Shown piece by piece: positions 56,830 through 63,221 of a stretch of 63,221 nucleotides of DNA; within the stretch, counting starts at the first letter, position 1, and each line of letters starts with the position of its first letter. The notes under the pieces are model-generated. The model was given only the letters and a program-made list of their open reading frames with translations. It was not told where the DNA came from and did no database searches. The stretch comes from an uncultured Mycoplasmatota bacterium (GTDB lineage: Bacteria; Bacillota_I; Bacilli_A; RF39; UBA660), in the NCBI GenBank assembly GCA_946554325.1, contig CAMNSB010000001.1, positions 1 to 63,221 on the forward strand, written 5' to 3'. The position numbers and the translations under genes were made by a program.

Positions 56830-58047
56830 ATGAAGAAGAAAAAGGTAGTGTTGATAGTAGGATTTGTCATACTAGGAGTACTCGTTCTAAGTTTAAGTGG
56901 ATATATTGTCTACGATAAACTATTATCGAAAAACGTAGGAACTATAAGCAAGAAAACAAGTAATTATAATATCGATGATTATATAACAGTTAAAGATTTT
57001 AATTATTATACTAATGTAGATGGTCAAGTTAAAAAATTGGAATTTAAAAACTTACCAGCTACTCTAACATCAGAGTTCTATAATAAGCACAGTGAATTTA
57101 CAAATAAAATGTCTGGATCTGCTGAATATTCAAACACCAATTTATCTAATGAGATTTTCTATGATATATCAGGTAATGTATTATCTGTATATGAACTAGA
57201 TGAATCATATCTTATAGAATATCCTTATGGCGAAGAACAAGGCCCAATGGATTATACAACATATGATTTTTATAGCATAAATATCAATTTGGATGAGCAA
57301 AAAATAATAACGAATCAGGAATTATTGGAGATGTATAAAATAAATCCTTCCGATGTATTCGAGAAGATTTTAAATGATATAGCAGACTTACATAAAGATG
57401 ATGGCCTTCTAATCCCTACTGAAAGTCAAGCGTTTGATAATATGTCCAGTAAAGAGTTCAAGAAAAATATAAATAAATATATAAAACAGATTAACAATAG
57501 ATTTGATAAAATCGTATTGTATGTTAGAAATAATAATGTTTATGTTGCTTACGATGAAGAAGATATAGTCAGGCTTATTGGCTTAGAGGCTCAAACACGT
57601 TATGCAGCAGTTGAATCCGATATAGAAACCCATGTCTTATCTCTTGGTAATATAGAATATGATAAATCAAAAGAAAAAGCTAATATAGAGAATAATCCAA
57701 ATTATGAGTATGATCCTTATAATGCAAATGACTCAATCTTAAATAAATTTCTAGTTGCTCCGATGGTAGAATGTCCTAATAAAACTTTAGGAGAAACCAT
57801 TAAGGAATTTAATACATACGAAAATTTATCAGCAATTTATAAAATGACTAAAATACAAGATAGAGATTATCTTAAATTAAAAACGATAGGACCTAGTGAT
57901 ACTATGATTGCTATAGTTAGTTTAGATGAAGATGGAAAGGCATTTATAGCAGAAGCGGAAGCAGAATCTATTAAAAGGAATCTTAGTGATCCTGATGAGA
58001 TTTCTTTATACTCAGTTTTAGCAGGAACTGAAATGTTATGTAATTAG
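56830..58047 (+). CDS. Hypothetical membrane-anchored extracytoplasmic protein
   Basis: N-terminal TM helix. 405 aa. No motif recognised. Confidence 0.5.
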   Translation: MKKKKVVLIVGFVILGVLVLSLSGYIVYDKLLSKNVGTISKKTSNYNIDDYITVKDFNYYTNVDGQVKKLEFKNLPATLTSEFYNKHSEFTNKMSGSAEYSNTNLSNEIFYDISGNVLSVYELDESYLIEYPYGEEQGPMDYTTYDFYSININLDEQKIITNQELLEMYKINPSDVFEKILNDIADLHKDDGLLIPTESQAFDNMSSKEFKKNINKYIKQINNRFDKIVLYVRNNNVYVAYDEEDIVRLIGLEAQTRYAAVESDIETHVLSLGNIEYDKSKEKANIENNPNYEYDPYNANDSILNKFLVAPMVECPNKTLGETIKEFNTYENLSAIYKMTKIQDRDYLKLKTIGPSDTMIAIVSLDEDGKAFIAEAEAESIKRNLSDPDEISLYSVLAGTEMLCN

Positions 58048-58063
58048 TTAAAGGAGAGGTAAA

Positions 58064-58438
58064 ATGAAGAAGTTATTTGTATGTATATGTTTAGGTTTAA
58101 TGATTATTGGAGTTACAGGATGCAGTGATGATGAACAATCAAGCGAAAGTGGAACTTCTAAACAAATATCAGGTTGTTTTATTCCAGAAGAAGGAGCAAG
58201 CAGTTATAATACACGTAAAGTTACTAAAATGTGTATATCTGGAGATAATGTTACTTTATATGTAAATGGAGCGAGTGATGAATTTTATGCTCAGCATCTT
58301 CCAAATCAAAATCCTAAAATGGTATATATAGCAAATCAATATACTGATTTGTTTGCTTGCAAAGAAGTTAGGGATTCAAACAATATAATATGTAAAATAG
58401 CAGATGATGCATCATATGTTGAGTGGATAAAACAGTAA
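58064..58438 (+). CDS. Small lipoprotein
   Basis: Lipobox IGVTGC. Confidence 0.65.
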   Translation: MKKLFVCICLGLMIIGVTGCSDDEQSSESGTSKQISGCFIPEEGASSYNTRKVTKMCISGDNVTLYVNGASDEFYAQHLPNQNPKMVYIANQYTDLFACKEVRDSNNIICKIADDASYVEWIKQ

Positions 58439-58650
58439 ACTTAAAGAATTAGATTGACTTGCTTAATGCAAGTTTTTCTTTTGCTCTAAAATCTCCCACT
58501 ATCACGTAATAAATGTCTAGTAGTTGTCAGTATTCAAAAGAAATTTGTTTATTATTGGTATTTTTTGTCATTATATCTTGTAATTAAATTTATTTGTGTC
58601 AGACTTCAAAGTACGAACTTTTGTTTATGTTCGTGTTTGGAGGTGAAACT

Positions 58651-59073
58651 ATGAAATGGATTTATGATGACGGAGGAAGAAGTAAGTATTTCAAAGGTAC
58701 AACAGAAGATTGTGTATGTCGTGCAATCGCAATAGCAACAGGTAAAGATTACAAAGAAGTTTATGATATGATAAACGATTACATTAAACAAGAACAGCTT
58801 GATGATATGTATGTTGAAAATGCACGTACTGGAGTCAGTAAAGAGATATGTACTAAACTTTTGGAGTCATTAGGTTGGAAATGGCATGCGTGCATGATAT
58901 TCGGAAAGGGCTGCACCACTCATCTAAAAAGTGGAGAGTTACCCAAAAAAGGGACTTTGATTGTCTCTGTATCAAAGCATCTTACTTGTGTCAAAGATAA
59001 TATTATTTATGATACCTTTGATCCAAGTCGTAATGGAACAAGATGTGTTTATGGCTATTATGCAAAAGCATAA
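58651..59073 (+). CDS. Hypothetical protein typical of mobile elements (MKWIYDDGGRSKYFKG...CVCRAIAIATGKDY)
   Basis: GGAGGTG RBS before ATG 58651. Confidence 0.5.
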   Translation: MKWIYDDGGRSKYFKGTTEDCVCRAIAIATGKDYKEVYDMINDYIKQEQLDDMYVENARTGVSKEICTKLLESLGWKWHACMIFGKGCTTHLKSGELPKKGTLIVSVSKHLTCVKDNIIYDTFDPSRNGTRCVYGYYAKA

Positions 59074-59091
59074 ATTGGAGGTGTTGAAGAA

Positions 59092-59271
59092 ATGCTAAAA
59101 CAGATATGTCCTAAATGCAATAAGGAATATACCAGTCGCCCTGCTATTTCTCGTATTGATAATAAAACAAGAATATGTCCTGCTTGTGGAGTAATTGAAG
59201 CGATAGAAAATATAATTGAAAGTAATAAAAGAAGTAAAAGAAAGAAGAAATTGGTTAGGTTGGTGCATTAG
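59092..59271 (+). CDS. Small zinc-ribbon protein (59 aa; CPKC...CPAC); absent from the ORF track
   Basis: GGAGGTG RBS. The stop abuts the next start. Confidence 0.5.
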   Translation: MLKQICPKCNKEYTSRPAISRIDNKTRICPACGVIEAIENIIESNKRSKRKKKLVRLVH

Positions 59272-59637
59272 ATGGATGAAGGTATTACAAGACTTAACAA
59301 AATGTTTGAAGGACAACAAGATATAGCATTAACCAAAGTTGTGAATCATTTAAAGGAACTAAAAGATATTGACACTACTATATTCTTAAATGATGAAAAG
59401 GATCTAAAAGGTATGTGTGATTATGTAAAATCAAGGGCTAAAGAGTTTGCAGTAAATAATGTAGCAATGATAATTGATGAAACAGTTTATGGATGGAGTT
59501 TAAATTATTGGCAGTTATCCAATGAAGAGTTAGGAATTAAAAAGGAAGAACCAAAACCAATTATTCCTAAACCTAGTAATGTTGTAACAAAACAAGTAGA
59601 AGAAACACCACCGAGAGCACAATTAACTTTATTCTAA
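59272..59637 (+). CDS. PcfK-like protein
   Basis: Pattern K..C.YV...A......V..IIDETVYGWSLNYW, followed by a PcfJ-like gene. Recalled family resemblance only. Confidence 0.45.
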   Translation: MDEGITRLNKMFEGQQDIALTKVVNHLKELKDIDTTIFLNDEKDLKGMCDYVKSRAKEFAVNNVAMIIDETVYGWSLNYWQLSNEELGIKKEEPKPIIPKPSNVVTKQVEETPPRAQLTLF

Positions 59638-59638
59638 A

Positions 59639-61075
59639 ATGGCTTATATGAATAAGCAGTTACAACATTATGTGGAATTGTCAGACACACACTCCGTTCC
59701 TACTTCATTTGAAAAGTTTATCAATAAACATAAAGCGATAGAAAACATAATCCTAAAAAAGGGACAGACTTGTTACTGTACACATTGTAGTCATGAATTT
59801 ACTTCTAATGCTAAAATAAATAAAGAAACAAGGTGTCCCTACTGTAAGTACAAGTATTTAGTTAGAAGATTCACATTAAAAAACTATGAAACCAAGAAAG
59901 ACTTGATACTACTAGATAAAGTGGAAGATAAATTTATATTAAGAGTATTCGAACTATATTCCAAGTATAACCCACAGTTCAAAGATTTTGATTATTCATG
60001 TACCGAGTATCGAAGAGTATTCTTTGATGACAATAGTTACAACCAAGTTGTTGAGGGAGATAATGTATTTCACACAATGGGATTATCAGTAGTTTGGCAC
60101 TTCAAGAAAAGAAGTTGTTGGAAGAAGAAAGAATGGTCTTGGTACTACAGAAGTTATGGTGATACGATTGGTTACATTTGTCCCTACAATATCAAACAAT
60201 TATTAAAAGGAACAAAATATCAATACACGCAGTTATGGAAGTTAGTATCGAGAATTGAACCCTTTAATTTAGTTGAATTATTCCAAAAGTGTCTTAATGA
60301 CTACTCTAATACATTTGAACTATTAGTAAAAGCAAAACTTTATCATTTAGCTTTAGTAAGTAATCGTTTCGGTAGTACAAAGAAATCATTTGAAGAAAGG
60401 TTTGGAGTTCCTAAGTCTTTCCTTCCGTTTATGCAAAAGCACAATATTACTTATGATGAGCTTGATGTACTAAGGTGTTGTAAAACTCCAAATATACGAT
60501 TATTACGTGCATTAAAGGGGTGTCATAACCTACTGTGGTTATCTTATCGTATTGACTTTCTAATGGCATGGAGATGTGGTTTACTATCTCAAAGAACGGA
60601 ACATGAATATAAGGATTATTTAACCTTTGCTATTCAATTAGGATATGATATGAAAGATAAAACTATACTCTATCCTAGCAATTTAAGGCAAGCACACGAT
60701 AAATTAGAAAACTTAGTCGAAATATGTCGAAACGAAGCAAACTCCAGATTATTAAAGGAAAGATATGAGCAGTTAAAACACAATATATACAAAACTAAGA
60801 AGTTTATAATCTATCCAGCAAGTTCTAGTGATGAGTTAATCAACGAAAGTTTTCAACAATGCAATTGTACTAAATCATACATTGAAAAAGCAGCGTTATC
60901 AGAATGTGATTTATACTTTATGCGATTAGTAAGTAATCCAACAAAATCACTCGTTACTGTTGAGGTTAGGAATAATCAAGTAGTACAAGCAAAAATCAAA
61001 CATAATCAAGAACCAACTAAGGAGCAATGGAGATTCCTAAATAGTTGGAGTAAAAACATTCTTATTAAAAATTAG
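59639..61075 (+). CDS. PcfJ-like protein with an N-terminal zinc ribbon
   Basis: CYCTHC...CPYC motifs, the size, and the position after the PcfK-like gene. Confidence 0.45.
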   Translation: MAYMNKQLQHYVELSDTHSVPTSFEKFINKHKAIENIILKKGQTCYCTHCSHEFTSNAKINKETRCPYCKYKYLVRRFTLKNYETKKDLILLDKVEDKFILRVFELYSKYNPQFKDFDYSCTEYRRVFFDDNSYNQVVEGDNVFHTMGLSVVWHFKKRSCWKKKEWSWYYRSYGDTIGYICPYNIKQLLKGTKYQYTQLWKLVSRIEPFNLVELFQKCLNDYSNTFELLVKAKLYHLALVSNRFGSTKKSFEERFGVPKSFLPFMQKHNITYDELDVLRCCKTPNIRLLRALKGCHNLLWLSYRIDFLMAWRCGLLSQRTEHEYKDYLTFAIQLGYDMKDKTILYPSNLRQAHDKLENLVEICRNEANSRLLKERYEQLKHNIYKTKKFIIYPASSSDELINESFQQCNCTKSYIEKAALSECDLYFMRLVSNPTKSLVTVEVRNNQVVQAKIKHNQEPTKEQWRFLNSWSKNILIKN

Positions 61076-61096
61076 TTAAAATTCAGGGAGGTAAAG

Positions 61097-61777
61097 ATGA
61101 ATGAATTAAATATATACGATAGATGGAATTATAAGTATAGACTATTATATTGTCTTATGCTTAACTACTATCGCAATCATTATGCAGATAATAAATTTAA
61201 AGGGAAAATCCTAGTATTATGTACTAGTAAAAAGAGGTTAATGGATGAATATGATAAATTATATTCTACAATTAGATATTTTACAGTTGAAGATGTAAAA
61301 ACGTTATATGGCTTTATAGGACGTCATGATAAAGAGTTAAAACAATTGTTTGAAGATTTAGAGGAACATAATATTTATTTTGATTCTCTTATTCAAGGTA
61401 TTAAGAAAGAATATATATCGGAAAGAGCAACCTACAAAGAATGTATTTATGGGGATGTAGAGCATTTTCCAAGTGGAAAGAATATTACATTTATAAACTT
61501 TGAAGATGTAGATTTAATTTATGACAAACATTTAGTTAGAGAGATGTTTATCCCAGAACATTTTAATATTCGTAGACATCCAGATAGTAATTGCAATGAA
61601 TTATGTAATATCTTAACAAAATATACTAGAGAAATTACTAAAGCAAAAGCTATTTTAAAATCTAATAATGCATTAGAAACAGAATACCTATCATTAAATG
61701 TATTTATCAATGGTGAAGATGGACTGGCATTTATAGATGAAGTTAATAATCGACTAACTATGTATGATGGTGAATAA
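61097..61777 (+). CDS. Hypothetical protein
   Basis: GGGAGG RBS. Confidence 0.45.
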   Translation: MNELNIYDRWNYKYRLLYCLMLNYYRNHYADNKFKGKILVLCTSKKRLMDEYDKLYSTIRYFTVEDVKTLYGFIGRHDKELKQLFEDLEEHNIYFDSLIQGIKKEYISERATYKECIYGDVEHFPSGKNITFINFEDVDLIYDKHLVREMFIPEHFNIRRHPDSNCNELCNILTKYTREITKAKAILKSNNALETEYLSLNVFINGEDGLAFIDEVNNRLTMYDGE

Positions 61778-62052
61778 TGAAGTTCAATTTAGGAAGTTTA
61801 GTAATGACTGTAGGTATTGATGATGCAATACATCAAGATAAAAACTACTTAACAGAATTATTAAATTGTTTAAGGAAGTACATTAAATGTGATTGGGGAG
61901 ATTTAGGCGAATACGATAAAAGAGCTAATGATATAGCTATTAAAAATGGCGATAGGATATTTGCTTCTTATAAAACATCAAAAGGAAAAGTCTACGTTAT
62001 TACAGAATGGGATAGATCTTGCACTACACTACTATTTGCTAATGAATATTAA
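61777..62052 (+). CDS. Plasmid-related small protein (..CDWGDLGEYDKRANDIAIKNGDRIFASY...VITEWDRSCTTLLFANEY)
   Basis: Conserved GDWGDL...ND.A...RI...Y...ITE.DRS.TT.L...EY pattern seen on conjugative elements. Confidence 0.55.
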   Translation: MKFNLGSLVMTVGIDDAIHQDKNYLTELLNCLRKYIKCDWGDLGEYDKRANDIAIKNGDRIFASYKTSKGKVYVITEWDRSCTTLLFANEY

Positions 62053-62065
62053 AGGGAGGTTAAAC

Positions 62066-62272
62066 ATGATACAATTAGAAGATTTGATTAACAGGTTTAT
62101 AAAGAATGAGTTAGAGATTGGAGTTTCATTTTCTAGTAACGCTAATAATGAAAATGTGATTGTTACTGTTAATGACTCTTCTTTAGACATTGCAACCTGT
62201 CAAAAGAATAATTGGATAAGGCACAATGTATATTATCGAGATGGTTCCCGTGAAGAATATTATGATAGATAG
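62066..62272 (+). CDS. Small hypothetical protein
   Basis: GGGAGG RBS before ATG 62066. The longer track ORF from 61946 overlaps the previous gene. Confidence 0.45.
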   Translation: MIQLEDLINRFIKNELEIGVSFSSNANNENVIVTVNDSSLDIATCQKNNWIRHNVYYRDGSREEYYDR

Positions 62273-62423
62273 CATTGGTGTTATAAGGTGGTTCAAGTGT
62301 GGTTATTTTGTTTCTAGGTTGATGTTATATTGTCAATTCAATTAAAAACGTCTCACAATCGTTTAAAAGTGGTGAATTATATTACCACTTCTCTTTTAGA
62401 GCATATGGTTCAAAGAATCAATT

Positions 62424-62529
62424 GTTACTTTGGGTATAATAATCTCATACAAAATTACAGATAAAATGGCCTTAAAGTGATGATTTTAGGTCTAAAAGGT
62501 TCAACTTACTAAAATTAGGTTACTTTGGG
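62424..62529. repeat. 11-bp direct repeat GTTACTTTGGG (62424-62434 and 62519-62529) upstream of the resolvase gene
   Basis: Read directly. GGTTCAA also occurs three times (62290, 62407, 62498). Confidence 0.7.
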
Positions 62530-62550
62530 CATATAGAAGGAAGGTATAAA

Positions 62551-63153
62551 ATGGCTAAATACTCTTACCAAAGAGCAAGTACAAATAAAGATAAACAAAG
62601 TTTGTTAAGACAAGAAAAGTTTGCGATAGATCATGAAGTTCCAAAATGCAATTGGTATCAAGAATATGCAAGTGGAGCAAAAACAGATAGACTAAAATTA
62701 CAACAATTACTCTCTTTATTAAAGGAGGGAGATGAATTATATGTGATTGAAGCATCACGATTGACAAGAAGTCTAAAACAATTACTTGATATATTAGATT
62801 TTGTAAAGGAAAAGAAAATCAAGTTAGTTATGGGAGACTTTAGTTTTGATGTAACAGCGAAGATGTCTCCTTTCCTACAGGGGCAGTTAATGTTTCTAGG
62901 AATGATGAACGAAATCAACAGACTTATTATTGTTTCTAATGTTCAAGAAGGAGTTGACGCAGCACGAGAAGAAGGTCGTATTGGAGGACAACCAAGACTA
63001 ACAAAGGAACGACTTTATGAGAAAAATCCAGACTTCTTCAAGTATTATGCACAATACAAGAATAAGCAAATAACACTTAAAGAGTTAGGTTTACTATCGC
63101 AGGTATGTAAAAATACAGTCTATAATTATATTAAGGTAATAGAAAGTAGATAA
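62551..63153 (+). CDS. Small serine recombinase (resolvase/invertase type, C-terminal HTH)
   Basis: N-terminal YSYQRASTNKDKQSLLRQ catalytic region and C-terminal LKELGLLSQVCKNTVYNYI HTH. 200 aa. Confidence 0.8.
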   Translation: MAKYSYQRASTNKDKQSLLRQEKFAIDHEVPKCNWYQEYASGAKTDRLKLQQLLSLLKEGDELYVIEASRLTRSLKQLLDILDFVKEKKIKLVMGDFSFDVTAKMSPFLQGQLMFLGMMNEINRLIIVSNVQEGVDAAREEGRIGGQPRLTKERLYEKNPDFFKYYAQYKNKQITLKELGLLSQVCKNTVYNYIKVIESR

Positions 63154-63176
63154 ATAGAACCAATCAATGATATGAA

Positions 63177-63209
63177 CCCCGTTTCTTGGACATAGGAAAC
63201 GAGGTTTTT
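63177..63209 (+). terminator. Intrinsic terminator after the resolvase gene
   Basis: CCCCGTTTC ... GAAACGAGG stem (one mismatch) followed by TTTTT. Confidence 0.6.
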
Positions 63210-63221
63210 ATATGAGTAAAT

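Larger units (their letters stand above)
53031..63221 (+). mobile_element. Plasmid/ICE-like accessory island starting at the broken tRNA-Leu; right end not reached in the window
   Basis: Contains a cI-like repressor, PcfK-like and PcfJ-like genes, a plasmid-related small protein, a serine resolvase and many orphan ORFs. Confidence 0.6.

Noticed and set aside
1415-62918. About 30 ORFs of 60-111 aa in the track that lie antisense to, or out of frame within, well-supported genes (e.g. 1415..1615, 8868..9098, 8974..9183, 9914..10102, 12428..12676, 16677..16883, 17216..17494, 17488..17721, 19325..19570, 21982..22251, 22695..22880, 30802..31092, 30951..31160, 32612..32845, 32967..33242, 34218..34421, 34758..35042, 42954..43289, 44130..44357, 44684..44872, 46077..46274, 47992..48219, 51666..51983, 53971..54162, 58606..58791, 59095..59319, 61519..61710, 62555..62767, 62658..62918)
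   Set aside because: These are shadow ORFs typical of AT-rich DNA. They have low-complexity Ile/Phe/Ser/Leu-rich translations and no RBS. Each is fully overlapped by a gene with clear motifs.
1-63221. CRISPR arrays, rRNA genes, intact prophage structural modules, transposase genes
   Set aside because: None seen. There are no regularly spaced direct repeats, no 16S/23S/5S-like sequence, and no capsid, terminase or DDE-transposase motifs.

Overview
AT-rich chromosomal segment from an endospore-forming, low-GC Bacillota genome; order and genus cannot be assigned from sequence alone. The conserved backbone is rny, rnj, ftsY-ylxM ... ffh, rpoZ, recX, prsA, sufCDSUB, ssb, pdp, two D-Ala-D-Ala peptidases, mnmA, spoIIAA-sigF-spoVAC/AD/AE and scpAB. 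Several accessory insertions and at least five decayed genes interrupt it. Main observations: (1) A CotD-family spore-coat gene is split into 12461..12675 and 17526..17655 by a 4.85-kb, more AT-rich element. The element carries an ATP-grasp/Fic/PHP operon and ends with a large serine recombinase 25 bp from the right junction. Joining the halves at a shared CACA restores one 114-codon ORF, the architecture of skin-like sporulation intervening elements. (2) An unannotated 231-bp locus (20600..20830) is closed by a 26-bp long-range inverted repeat. It holds a 35-codon ORF on the minus strand and a convergent terminated antisense unit, resembling a type I toxin-antitoxin or structured RNA. (3) A tRNA-Leu(CAA) gene keeps its promoter and 5' half but breaks in the anticodon loop. 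There a plasmid/ICE-like island of at least 10 kb begins, with a cI-like repressor, a nuclease-like/PUA-like fusion, PcfK/PcfJ-like genes and a resolvase. (4) The ylxM-ffh operon is interrupted by about 4.6 kb that includes a HerA/DUF87-type ATPase with a proline-rich tail. (5) spoIIAA is followed directly by sigF, with no spoIIAB. No rRNA genes or CRISPR arrays were seen. All family calls rest on motifs read by eye; no database search was run.
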